Below are positions 28,912 to 37,846 of a DNA stretch of 64,000 nt, piece after piece. This stretch comes from Candidatus Enterousia sp. (GTDB lineage: Bacteria > Pseudomonadota > Alphaproteobacteria > Rs-D84). The DNA lies in assembly GCA_045613925.1 (NCBI GenBank), contig JAZLBV010000011.1:73632-137631 (forward strand), read 5' to 3'. The notes below the pieces were generated by a model that was given only the letters and a program-made list of their open reading frames with translations, made no database searches and had not been told where the DNA came from. How positions within the stretch are numbered: the stretch's first letter is position 1; every line of letters starts with the position of its first letter. Both the position numbers and the translations under genes were made by a program.

Positions 28912-30168
28912 ATGTTGTTTTCAAAACTGGAAAAGAAAGTTGCTTATCGGTATATGGCTGCGAAAAAACGCGGGTTTGGTTCTGTGGTTTCCTGGGTGTC
29001 TTTGATTGGTATTATGTTGGGCGTGGCGACGTTGATAGTTGTGATGTCTGTTATGGGTGGATTTCACGATACGTTGCTTTCACGTATTATTGGTATGAAT
29101 GGGCACGTTGTTGTTTATCATCAGGCTGGTACGATTTCTGATTATGATTTTTTAATCGAAAAAATGCGCCAGAATAAAGTGGTTGCAAAATATACTACGT
29201 CTTTTGTTCCAATTGCAGAGGGACAAATTATGGCGTCTTTTAATGGGAATAATTCTGGGGCTATGTTGCGTGGTATACGTATGCCTGATTTGATTGCAAA
29301 AACCGCAACGGGCACGCGTATTTATGGAAAAAGTTTAGATAAAATTAATGATGGCGAATTGATAATAGGTTCGTCGCTTGCGCGGGCGTTGCGTGCGACA
29401 AACGGGGACAAGATTTCTTTGATGTCTGCAAATTCTGGGACGGCGACGCCGTTCGGTACTATGCCACGGATTATGGCATATCCGGCGGTTTCTTCGTTCT
29501 TTGTTGGAATGTATGAATATGATTCTGGGTATATTTTTATGCCGCTTGAAACTGCACAAAAATATTTAAATATTGAAAATTCTGTAACGCACATAGATTT
29601 GTTTTTGACAGATGCAGAACAAAGTGAAAATGTCGTGCGTGCGTTGGATTCTTTGTTGCCTGATGGGTTTATTATTCGTGATTGGCGTGATTTAAATCGC
29701 GGATTTGTTGGGGCTTTGCAGGTGGAATCCAGTGTTATGTTTTTGATTTTGATGTTAATAGTTATTGTGGCGGCATTTAATATAATTTCTTCGCTTGTTA
29801 TGTTGGTAAAAGATAAAAACCGTGATATTGCTGTGTTGCGGACGTTTGGTGTGTCGCGTAAATCTATGATGAAAATATTTATTTTGGCGGGAACTAGTAT
29901 AGGTATAATTGGTTCGTTGTTTGGAACTGTGTTGGGTGTGGTTGTTGCGATATACATTGAACCAATACGCAAATTTTTCCAATATATTACCGGTCGGGAT
30001 TTGTTTCCTGCGCAATTATATTCGCTTTCTGAATTACCATCTAAATTGGTGCCATCTACGGTTATAAGTATTGCGGTTATTGCAATTGCATTGGCTTTCT
30101 TGGCTACGCTTTATCCTGCGTGGAAGGCGGCAAATACAGACCCGGTAGAGGTTTTAAAAAATGAATAA
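28912..30168 (+). CDS. lipoprotein-releasing system permease (LolC/E/F family)
   Basis: FtsX-like permease architecture with 4 TM segments and a MacB-like periplasmic domain. Confidence 0.85.
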   Translation: MLFSKLEKKVAYRYMAAKKRGFGSVVSWVSLIGIMLGVATLIVVMSVMGGFHDTLLSRIIGMNGHVVVYHQAGTISDYDFLIEKMRQNKVVAKYTTSFVPIAEGQIMASFNGNNSGAMLRGIRMPDLIAKTATGTRIYGKSLDKINDGELIIGSSLARALRATNGDKISLMSANSGTATPFGTMPRIMAYPAVSSFFVGMYEYDSGYIFMPLETAQKYLNIENSVTHIDLFLTDAEQSENVVRALDSLLPDGFIIRDWRDLNRGFVGALQVESSVMFLILMLIVIVAAFNIISSLVMLVKDKNRDIAVLRTFGVSRKSMMKIFILAGTSIGIIGSLFGTVLGVVVAIYIEPIRKFFQYITGRDLFPAQLYSLSELPSKLVPSTVISIAVIAIALAFLATLYPAWKAANTDPVEVLKNE

Positions 30169-30796
30169 TATTTTAAGTAAAAAATTACAATTGTATATCG
30201 CAAAGATGGCTGTATGGGAGTTGCCATATGGGGATTCTGAATGGAATTCAAGTGCTAAAAATTTAGAAGATGCTTTGCGTGCGCGGGGAATTAATTTTAA
30301 GTTATATTATCAATATAAAATGCCCGGTGGGGTAAGCCAAAGTGATTTTTTGATTCGTTTGTGTATGTTAGAGTTTTTTATTAAATTTTATTCAAAGTAT
30401 GCAATTAAGGTTTTAAATGATAAAAATTTAACTGGGGCAGATAAAATCAACATATTTCAATATGTTTGGCACAATCGTCGTAAATTTATTAAAGAATCAG
30501 AACAATACGAATCTGACATAAGACGACTTAATCCAGAATTGGCAAATGTAAAAACAAATCTTCCTGGTGCTTTGGTTGATGGTGCCACGTTTGGTTTTGC
30601 TCCAGATGAAATAGAGTATTTTTCAGATGTAAAAAATCGTAATTTTGAACAAGAGGGTAAAACGATAGAATTTTTTGAAAAAAATTACGGTATTCATATA
30701 AGTTATATTTTGGCACCAAAAACAGCCAAAACAATAATTGATGCATTAAAAAACAAAGAAAAGGTAAACTCTTACGATAAAAATCAAAGGGAATAG
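30161..30796 (+). CDS. hypothetical protein (211 aa) inserted between the lol permease and lolD
   Basis: ORF with overlapping start and stop codons on both sides. No TM segments and no recognisable motifs. Confidence 0.45.
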   Translation: MNNILSKKLQLYIAKMAVWELPYGDSEWNSSAKNLEDALRARGINFKLYYQYKMPGGVSQSDFLIRLCMLEFFIKFYSKYAIKVLNDKNLTGADKINIFQYVWHNRRKFIKESEQYESDIRRLNPELANVKTNLPGALVDGATFGFAPDEIEYFSDVKNRNFEQEGKTIEFFEKNYGIHISYILAPKTAKTIIDALKNKEKVNSYDKNQRE

Positions 30797-30797
30797 G

Positions 30798-31508
30798 ATG
30801 GCAAGCATATTAAATTCTTTATCAAAAATATCAAGAAAAGATGTTGTGTTATCTGTTCGTGATATTAAGAAAACTTTTGTAGAAGGTGGGCAACCTTTGC
30901 GCGTTTTGCGCGGTGGCGGGTTTGATTTATATCGTGGTGAAATTGTTGCTTTGGTTGGACCTAGTGGTTGTGGTAAATCTACGCTTTTGCAGTGTATTGG
31001 ATTGCTTGATAAACCAACCAGTGGTGATATTTTTATTGGGGGTGTTCCTGTTGATAAAATGAACGACGAAACGCGGACTATTTTGCGTCGGCAAAAAATG
31101 GGTTTTGTTTATCAGCGTCATAATTTGTTGTCTGATTTTACAGCGTTAGAAAATGTTGTTTTGCCGCTTTTGGCAAATGGTGTTGATGAAGAGCGTGCAT
31201 CTATTATCGCAGAGAAATTGTTGCGTTTGGCAAATGTTGCACATCGTGCGTCGCATTTACCATCTGAAATGTCTGGGGGTGAACAACAACGTGTTGCGCT
31301 GGCGCGGGCGTTGGCGAATAATCCTCAGATTTTATTAGCGGATGAACCAACTGGTTCATTGGATCCGCAACATGCAATAGGGGTGTTTGATTTGTTGTTG
31401 GATTTAGTGCGTAAAAATAAAATGTCTTTGCTTTTTGTTACGCACGATATGAATCTGGCAAAACGTGCAGACAGAACAATTACTATCAAAGATGGTATTG
31501 TTAAATAA
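30798..31508 (+). CDS. lolD: lipoprotein-releasing system ATP-binding protein LolD
   Basis: ABC motifs: GPSGCGKST, LSGGEQQRVALARAL, LLADEPTGSLD. Confidence 0.9.
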   Translation: MASILNSLSKISRKDVVLSVRDIKKTFVEGGQPLRVLRGGGFDLYRGEIVALVGPSGCGKSTLLQCIGLLDKPTSGDIFIGGVPVDKMNDETRTILRRQKMGFVYQRHNLLSDFTALENVVLPLLANGVDEERASIIAEKLLRLANVAHRASHLPSEMSGGEQQRVALARALANNPQILLADEPTGSLDPQHAIGVFDLLLDLVRKNKMSLLFVTHDMNLAKRADRTITIKDGIVK

Positions 31509-31530
31509 AATAAATCAAGGGAGAGAATAT

Positions 31531-32409
31531 ATGAAAAAAGCAAATATAAATATTGAAACAAAAAACCGTGTATACGGTATTGTTGGTCTGATAGCTCTGT
31601 TTTTTATGGGTTGTATTTTTGGTTTTATTATAAATGGTTCTGATAGGGTAAATAAATCTATTATGACGCGTAAACAATGTGATGATTTGGCAGATAGAAT
31701 TATTTTAGCTGCGAAAAATAATCAACCAGATTTAATTGAACAATTAAACAAAGTTTATTCTGAAAATTGTAATGGCCGTGATTTTCGCCATAATTCACGT
31801 CCTGTTCAGGTTAAACCAGAAGTTAAACAAGAAAAATTGCCAGATGTTACCTGTGAAGCAATCGAAAAATTATTAAAGCAAGAATTGGCAGATGAAAATT
31901 CTATGGATTGGTATGCACACAAAAATAATATGGATGTTTATACCAGATTGGTAAAAAATGGTTGTGAACAAAATAAAACAGAATATCAAAAAATGGCACA
32001 ACGTGAACAAGAAATAATGGTGGCACTGGGTGGGGATTTTGTTCCTGAAACAAATGGAACAACCTGTGAACAAATTGAGGGTTTGTTGCGTGAAAGATTA
32101 AATCGTTGTGATTTAGATAAATCATATTGTCGGGTTGAACGAGCACAAATATATGCTAATTTATCAGAACGTGGGTGTGCTGAAAATTCTGCAAAGTACA
32201 AAGAATTGGCAAAACAGGAATTAGATATTGCACGTGCGTTGACTGATGATGATATTGAACATAATGAACGTGAAGCAACCGAAATGGTCGAAACTTATAA
32301 GCGTTTACAGATGCAAGCTGAGGCCTCCAAGATGATTGAAAAAGCGAAAAAGTTAACTAATCCTGCGATTGATTTTATAATTCAATTGGAAAAAATCATA
32401 CAAGAATAG
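31531..32409 (+). CDS. membrane-anchored protein with three ~60-aa Cys-containing repeats
   Basis: RBS AAGGGAGAG. N-terminal TM. Repeats of type C-E-x-I-E-x-L-L ... N-G-C ... Y-x-x-L-A. Confidence 0.45.
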   Translation: MKKANINIETKNRVYGIVGLIALFFMGCIFGFIINGSDRVNKSIMTRKQCDDLADRIILAAKNNQPDLIEQLNKVYSENCNGRDFRHNSRPVQVKPEVKQEKLPDVTCEAIEKLLKQELADENSMDWYAHKNNMDVYTRLVKNGCEQNKTEYQKMAQREQEIMVALGGDFVPETNGTTCEQIEGLLRERLNRCDLDKSYCRVERAQIYANLSERGCAENSAKYKELAKQELDIARALTDDDIEHNEREATEMVETYKRLQMQAEASKMIEKAKKLTNPAIDFIIQLEKIIQE

Positions 32410-32419
32410 GGTGTAATAG

Positions 32420-32686
32420 ATGAAAAAAGAAAGATTAAAAAAATCAGAGATTTGTATTAAAAAAATATGGCTGTGGATTTTTGTTGCTTTTTTAATCGGT
32501 GGTGTATGTGGTGTGTGCGTACACTATATGGTTGTTAATTGGAATGGTTTTTTTGTGCGTTGTGATGATGGAAATCGGCCGGATAAAAACGGTTGTTGTT
32601 CTGGCGAGGTTTATACCGATGCAGGCGACGGGTGGATGGTGTGTTGCCCGAATGATGGGGATAATTGCTTTCCACCTTTGAAATAG
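32420..32686 (+). CDS. small TM-anchored Cys-rich protein (88 aa)
   Basis: TM helix followed by CDDGNRPDKNGCCSGEVYTDAGDGWMVCCPNDGDNC. Confidence 0.4.
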   Translation: MKKERLKKSEICIKKIWLWIFVAFLIGGVCGVCVHYMVVNWNGFFVRCDDGNRPDKNGCCSGEVYTDAGDGWMVCCPNDGDNCFPPLK

Positions 32687-32701
32687 TTTTTTGGGGGTAT
32701 T

Positions 32702-33184
32702 ATGGCGACTATACACATTGTTCACGGATATGTAGCGTTTGGTAAAACAACGTTGGCGAAAAAGTTGGCAAAAGAATTGCCTGCGGTGCATTTGGATGCT
32801 GATGATTGGATTGTGAAATTATATGGCAAAGATTTGCCAGAATCAGAATTTGATTCTAAGGCAGGCATTGTTGTTGGTTTTTTGTGGGAAATCGCCGCTA
32901 AGATAATAGATGCCGGGGCAGATGTAATTATGGATATTGGTCCGTGGTCAAAACAAATGCGGCGTGATGCTGCGGATGTTGCACGACAAATAACAGATAA
33001 TGTCGTTTTTCATACGATTATTTTGGATCCAAAAATTGCACGCGAAAGATTAATAAAAAGAAATGCTGAAAATCAAATATTAGATGTGACAACATTGGAA
33101 TTTTTTGATAAGAATTTACCGCTTTATGAACCAATCTCTGATGACGAGGGTTTTGTTGTAAAGCGTTATTATCAAGATAAGTGA
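32702..33184 (+). CDS. P-loop NTPase / small-molecule kinase-like protein (AAA_33 / zeta-toxin-like fold)
   Basis: Walker A GYVAFGKTT at residue 9 and a DADD motif. Confidence 0.5.
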   Translation: MATIHIVHGYVAFGKTTLAKKLAKELPAVHLDADDWIVKLYGKDLPESEFDSKAGIVVGFLWEIAAKIIDAGADVIMDIGPWSKQMRRDAADVARQITDNVVFHTIILDPKIARERLIKRNAENQILDVTTLEFFDKNLPLYEPISDDEGFVVKRYYQDK

Positions 33185-33188
33185 TTTG

Positions 33189-33914
33189 TTAGTCTATAAC
33201 AAAACTGCGGGGATAAAAATCGCTGTAAAAACGTCCGTCGGTGGCGGTGAATTTTAAAACACAATAATTTGGATCGTTAACGCCACCTGGATAATATTCG
33301 GTATCACCATCGCGCCAAATCATTTTTTTGCTGGCGGGGTCTGTTAATATTTCCATTGTGCCACGCAACATCATACCTTTAAAACCCTTGTCATCACAGA
33401 AATAAATGCTGGCCTTTGGGTTGTTTTTATAATGTGCCACGCGCAAAGAAAAAGTATTTGTTGTGAAATAAAATACTTTGATACCTTCGCGGACACGTGG
33501 TGATAACATTGCCTTGGTACACGGAAAACCTTTTTCATCAACAGACGATATAAATGTTATTGGCAATGTGTCGGCCATCGTTGCAATAAGTTCTTTGACG
33601 CCAATCAATGCGGGATTGTCAACTGTGGCATTTGTAATATTTAATTCTTTGCGCCAACGTTTCAGATTTGGAAAATACATTTTCATTTGACCAATGTATT
33701 CTTCTTTGGTTATTGGTTGGGGCAGGCCTTTGTTAACTTCGTTTACAAATTGTGCACAATGTTCAATCATTTCATCCATTGTAAAATCTTGGGTGAATTT
33801 GCCATCTTTATAACAATAAATACAATAATCAGAATTTTTTGTGCCGTCCTGATTTGTTCCGAATATAGATTCATCGGTCATAGGCATACCGCAACTTTGA
33901 CATATATACGACAT
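33189..33914 (-). CDS. zinc-ribbon + pyridoxamine-5-phosphate-oxidase-like (FMN-binding split-barrel) fusion protein
   Basis: N-terminal CQSCGMP...CIYCYKDG zinc ribbon. The C-terminal half is PNPOx / general-stress-26-like. Confidence 0.5.
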   Translation of the reverse strand: MSYICQSCGMPMTDESIFGTNQDGTKNSDYCIYCYKDGKFTQDFTMDEMIEHCAQFVNEVNKGLPQPITKEEYIGQMKMYFPNLKRWRKELNITNATVDNPALIGVKELIATMADTLPITFISSVDEKGFPCTKAMLSPRVREGIKVFYFTTNTFSLRVAHYKNNPKASIYFCDDKGFKGMMLRGTMEILTDPASKKMIWRDGDTEYYPGGVNDPNYCVLKFTATDGRFYSDFYPRSFVID

Positions 33915-33998
33915 TTTGGTCCCTTTGTTATACGCGCAAAGTATACATTGCAAAATGAATTTTGTCAAAGTATAATCGTTCTGTGTAAAGGTGTAATA

Positions 33999-34364
33999 AT
34001 GAAAACAAAAGATAATTCCGTTGATTTCTTAGGCAAAATTGTTTCTGTAAAAATGGATAGACCTTTGGGCAGCAAGCATCCAAAACACGGATTTGTTTAT
34101 CCTGTGAATTATGGGTTTATTCCGAATACTGTGTCCGGGGATGGTGAGGAACTTGATGCCTATGTTTTAGGTGTTGATACACCGTTGGATGTTTTTACGG
34201 GGCGTTGTTGCGCGATTGTTCATCGCACTGATGATGACGATGATAAATTGGTGGTGGTGCCTGATGGTCAAAATCCAACTGATAAATACATAGAAGAAAA
34301 AATAAAATTTCAAGAACAATGGTTTAAACATACAATCGTTCGTAAAAAACTAATACTTGTATGA
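33999..34364 (+). CDS. inorganic-pyrophosphatase-like protein lacking the N-terminal ~40 residues of family I PPases
   Basis: GFVYPVNYGFIPNTVSGDGEELDAYVLG...DDDDDKLVVVP aligns to the E. coli Ppa core ([24 protein letters not shown]...DEAGEDAKLVAVP). Only 121 aa. Confidence 0.5.
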   Translation: MKTKDNSVDFLGKIVSVKMDRPLGSKHPKHGFVYPVNYGFIPNTVSGDGEELDAYVLGVDTPLDVFTGRCCAIVHRTDDDDDKLVVVPDGQNPTDKYIEEKIKFQEQWFKHTIVRKKLILV

Positions 34365-34681
34365 CATCTAGCAGAGATTTTTTAGAATTTGTGTTGGAAC
34401 AATTGGCGTTAGCGCGATTACCTGGTATAACATATCGTGCGATGATGGGTGAATTTATAATTTATTATCGTGGAAAAATAGTCGGTGGGATTTATGATAA
34501 TCGTTTGCTTGTTAAACCAACAAAGTCTGCAATTAAAATAATGCCAAATGCAAAAATGGAAATACCATACCCAAAGGGTAAACCTATGGTGATGATACCT
34601 GATGTTGAAAATCCAGAATTATTAGAAACAGTATTCAATGCAATTTATAATGAATTGCCAGCAAGAAAATGTAAAAGATGA
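34361..34681 (+). CDS. TfoX N-terminal domain protein
   Basis: TfoX_N-like sequence (YRAMMGEFIIYYRGKIVGGIYDNRLLVK). Its ATG overlaps the preceding stop (ATGA). Confidence 0.6.
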   Translation: MTSSRDFLEFVLEQLALARLPGITYRAMMGEFIIYYRGKIVGGIYDNRLLVKPTKSAIKIMPNAKMEIPYPKGKPMVMIPDVENPELLETVFNAIYNELPARKCKR

Positions 34682-34688
34682 TATTTGT

Positions 34689-35426
34689 TTAGAGTGTTTT
34701 TTGGTTTGAAATATTTTCGATGATGTTTGGTCTGGTCCAGGATTGATTGATTAAACCATCAACCTGGCATTTGTAAGAGTGTTTCGGGTTTGGATTTACG
34801 TGTTTATCATTGCGTCCTATTATTGCACCGCGATATATAAGGCCTTCTACTACGTTGAATAAAACTACTTTCTGTGCGTCTAAATTATCCAACCATTTTG
34901 ATTCTTGGTGTTGTTGTGTCCAATCGTTGCAAATGGTAAGTGTTGCAAATTTAAGATGATATTTATCGCTGTATTCGGAAATGAATTTATCCAGTTTTTC
35001 TTTTGAATCTATCCTGCCTTTGTATAATAGTGTGGACAATGTTAAATCGGCTGTAAAATCTTTTTGGTCGGGCAAATTTGGTTGATTATAATAAGAGATA
35101 TTAAAAGAATCTATATATTTGTCCAACGCTTTTACAATATCGGGGCGAGAATAATTAGTGGTCATAACCGTTGTGAAACCAGATTTTTTTATCATTTCTG
35201 CAATTTTAATTACGTCAGGGTGCAGTGTTGGTTCGCCGCCAACCAATAAGAATGTGTTTATAGTTCCTGTGGTTTTTGCAAAATCTATTGCCTTTTGAAC
35301 ATTTTCCAAAGAAATATATTCTGTTCTGCCACGATATCTGTCCACGCAAAAAGGGCAATTTTTGTTGCATTGGTGTGTTAAGACCATACTAATATAATCG
35401 TCAACAGTTGTTTTTATATCAAACAT
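34689..35426 (-). CDS. radical SAM enzyme (245 aa), specific function unknown
   Basis: CNKNCPFC (CxxxCxxC) at residues 20-27 and a GGEPTLHP SAM-binding motif. Confidence 0.7.
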   Translation of the reverse strand: MFDIKTTVDDYISMVLTHQCNKNCPFCVDRYRGRTEYISLENVQKAIDFAKTTGTINTFLLVGGEPTLHPDVIKIAEMIKKSGFTTVMTTNYSRPDIVKALDKYIDSFNISYYNQPNLPDQKDFTADLTLSTLLYKGRIDSKEKLDKFISEYSDKYHLKFATLTICNDWTQQHQESKWLDNLDAQKVVLFNVVEGLIYRGAIIGRNDKHVNPNPKHSYKCQVDGLINQSWTRPNIIENISNQKTL

Positions 35427-35590
35427 TTGTATTTCTTTGTTATCTTTTTTATAAGGGTTAGTATAGTACTATTTTAATAGTTGTCAATGTTTTGTTTAAG
35501 GACAGTTTATGCAAATCGAGCAGAAAACAGGCGAGAGTTTACTGATTTAATGCAACAGGTGAAAGAGTTTAAAGATAAATGGTTATCTTG

Positions 35591-36121
35591 TTAATCTTTT
35601 AACTTTACAGATTTCAAAAATTCGTTTGCTTCTGTATAAGATTTCAATTTAACAATTTGCAACTGAGGGTGGTTTTTAATTGCTTTGTCAATTAAATCGT
35701 ATGCTGCATCATGTTTTCTTAACATGTACCAAATATGATTCCATCTAAAGTTCTTCGCAGAAAACCCCTGGCGACCATGTCGTTTTGTTTTTGTGATACA
35801 GGTTTTCAAATAACACCAAATTCTTTTATACGCTGGCGCCAACAACAATATTAAAGTATTCGCATTATCCAGCCGTTCATCAAAAGCATACCATTCATAG
35901 ATTCCTTCAATTATCCATGCATCCTTTGCAACAGTTTGTTGAATAATCTGGTTTATTTTCTCTTTTCTTGTATCGCGTTCTTTACCTTGTGGCACAGCAT
36001 AAGGATCATACAAATCCAGATACACAACAGGCAAATCAAATTTCTTGCTTAAATTTTCCGCCATTGTTGATTTACCAGAACAAGACCCACCCATAATAAT
36101 AATTTTATTACCAATTTTCAT
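35591..36121 (-). CDS. P-loop NTPase, adenylate-kinase / topology-modulation-protein-like
   Basis: IIIMGGSCSGKST Walker A at residue 7. About 176 aa. Confidence 0.55.
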   Translation of the reverse strand: MKIGNKIIIMGGSCSGKSTMAENLSKKFDLPVVYLDLYDPYAVPQGKERDTRKEKINQIIQQTVAKDAWIIEGIYEWYAFDERLDNANTLILLLAPAYKRIWCYLKTCITKTKRHGRQGFSAKNFRWNHIWYMLRKHDAAYDLIDKAIKNHPQLQIVKLKSYTEANEFLKSVKLKD

Positions 36122-36205
36122 ATTTTACCTTTTTGATAACAGAATATAATATACCATAAAAATCTAGGATATGATATAATAAAAGTCGATTTAAAAGGAT
36201 GATAT

Positions 36206-37045
36206 ATGAATATGCCGAAAGTTTCTGTTATATTGCCATGTTATAATGTTGCAAATTATATGGATGCTATGTTTGAATCTTTGCGTAATCAAACAATGAA
36301 GGATATTGAAATAATTTGTGTGGATGACAAATCAACAGATAACACTGTTAAAAAAATTCGTGAATTTATAAAATCTGATAAACGTATAAGTTTGTATAAA
36401 CTTGCTAAGAATCATGGTGCCAGTTATGCGAGAAATTACGGGTTGAAAAAAGCAAAAGGAAAATACGTATGCTTCCTGGATCCTGATGATTTTATTGAAA
36501 ACGATTTTACTGAAAAACTGTATAAAAATATAACAGAAAATAAATCTGATGTGGCCAAAGCAAAATTCAAAGTTGGTGACAAATACTGGCAAACACACGA
36601 ATTTGTAAAAAGAAACTATTTGTGTTTCAGCTCTGAACATTGTTCTGCAATGTATAACAAAAAGTTTTTATTGGAAAATAACATTTTATACCCAGAAGAT
36701 GTTATCACGGGTGAAGATGCTGTATTCTTATCAAATCTTGTATTACATACCAAGAAAATCACAACCACAGATGATACAGAATATCATTATGTTCGCCGTG
36801 AAAAGTCTTTGGATTCTGAAAAATTATCGCACAAACAAGTTTTAGCTAGAATAAAAATGCTGGATTACAAAATACAAACGTTAAAAGACCATGAGTTTAA
36901 TACTTATGAGGATAAACTTATTTTTATCCAGCGACATATTTTAAACCATTTTTGTTATGCTGTTGATCCCAAACGTATATCGGAATCAGATAAAAATTTA
37001 CTGTTTAAATGGTTTATAAACAATCGCAAAAGTTTTATTGCATAA
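36206..37045 (+). CDS. family 2 glycosyltransferase
   Basis: VSVILPCYNVANYM...DDKSTD...DPDD. Confidence 0.8.
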   Translation: MNMPKVSVILPCYNVANYMDAMFESLRNQTMKDIEIICVDDKSTDNTVKKIREFIKSDKRISLYKLAKNHGASYARNYGLKKAKGKYVCFLDPDDFIENDFTEKLYKNITENKSDVAKAKFKVGDKYWQTHEFVKRNYLCFSSEHCSAMYNKKFLLENNILYPEDVITGEDAVFLSNLVLHTKKITTTDDTEYHYVRREKSLDSEKLSHKQVLARIKMLDYKIQTLKDHEFNTYEDKLIFIQRHILNHFCYAVDPKRISESDKNLLFKWFINNRKSFIA

Positions 37046-37242
37046 TATAGTTTAAACGAAAAAAACTGCCTCGGTGGATTCCCGCGGCTACGCCTGTGGG
37101 GAAACCGTAACGATTGTGGTGTGCTACGCTTTCACAATCTACTTGTTTTCGAACGGAGCAAATACTTGGAAATCTTGGCTGTTCGAAGATTGATAAAATT
37201 TAGTGTTTTTTAGATATGCTTTCTTCGAACCTGTGCAGATAT

Positions 37243-37279
37243 TAAAAAAACAAAGAAAAACCGCACTTTCACAGTGCGG
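37243..37279 (-). terminator. strong minus-strand intrinsic terminator
   Basis: CCGCACUGUGAAAGUGCGG hairpin followed by UUUUUCUUUGUUUUUUU on the minus strand. Confidence 0.55.
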
Positions 37280-37454
37280 TGTATCTTTTGGTGGGGCTTT
37301 GCGTTAGCAAAGATGGATGGTGGGTGGATTCGATCGGCCAGAGGCCTGCGCCACATTCGTAATGTGTTTGCTGCGTTTTATTTGCAAACACAAACTCGTA
37401 GACGAACCAAACAAACTGCGTTTGTATCGCCGAATACCATAAACCACATCACAG

Positions 37455-37482
37455 CAAAAACAAAAACCACCCGTTTAGGTGG
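37455..37482 (-). terminator. intrinsic terminator immediately 3-prime of tRNA-Tyr (hairpin CCACC-UAAAC-GGGUGG + U-run)
   Basis: Hairpin 37467..37482. T-rich on both strands, so possibly bidirectional. Confidence 0.5.
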
Positions 37483-37492
37483 TTTGTGTTTT

Positions 37493-37579
37493 TGGTGGGA
37501 GTGGGTGGATTCGAACCACCTCAGTCGTAAGACAACAGATTTACAGTCTGCCCCGGCTCTCCAACTCCGGCGCACGCCC
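37493..37579 (-). tRNA. tRNA-Tyr (anticodon GUA, long variable arm)
   Basis: Minus strand: D-arm CCGG-AGUUGGAGAG-CCGG, anticodon stem-loop GCAGA-CUGUAAA-UCUGU, long variable arm, T-arm GGUGG-UUCGAAU-CCACC, ACCA end. One C-U mismatch in the acceptor stem. Confidence 0.7.
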
Positions 37580-37701
37580 AGAACTTAATATCGCGACTTT
37601 GTTGATGGCAAAGACGGATATGTTTTGTCCCACTTCGTTAAAACTTTGCGGGACACTGGATTTTTGTAATTGTGCGCATCGCGCGCGATAACCAAAATCC
37701 G

Positions 37702-37776
37702 TGGTGCGAGCAGCGGGAATCGAACCCGCATTTCAAGCTTGGAAGGCTTGCATTCTAGCCCTTGAACTATGCTCGC
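37702..37776 (-). tRNA. tRNA-Gly (anticodon UCC)
   Basis: Minus strand: acceptor GCGAGCA/UGCUCGC, anticodon stem CAAGC/GCUUG with loop CUUCCAA, T-arm CGGG-UUCGAUU-CCCG, ACCA end. Confidence 0.8.
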
Positions 37777-37846
37777 AACAGATTCAAAGCGTTGTAATTA
37801 TATCTTATTTTTTTCTGAACGCAAGCTTTTATTCGTGTTCGTCGTT

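Noticed and set aside
29322-29972. 216-aa minus-strand ORF antisense to the Lol permease gene, and similar antisense ORFs (7488..7742, 22783..23217, 38259..38876, 46469..46849)
   Set aside because: They lie entirely inside confidently assigned genes on the other strand. They have biased, low-complexity composition and no motifs. They are typical shadow ORFs of AT-rich DNA.
33687-34364. 225-aa ORF in the six-frame track
   Set aside because: Only the C-terminal 121 aa has pyrophosphatase similarity. The upstream 100 aa exist only because the frame runs antisense through the better-supported minus-strand gene 33189..33914. It was called as 33999..34364 instead.
37290-37465. tmRNA (ssrA) call for the CCA-terminated element
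   Set aside because: A 3-prime CCA plus terminator and a tmRNA-like GGGGC…UGGAUUCGA 5-prime motif are present. However, I could not identify a tag-peptide reading frame ending in …AA-stop, a convincing T-arm, or a permuted arrangement. It is left as a finding and is not annotated.
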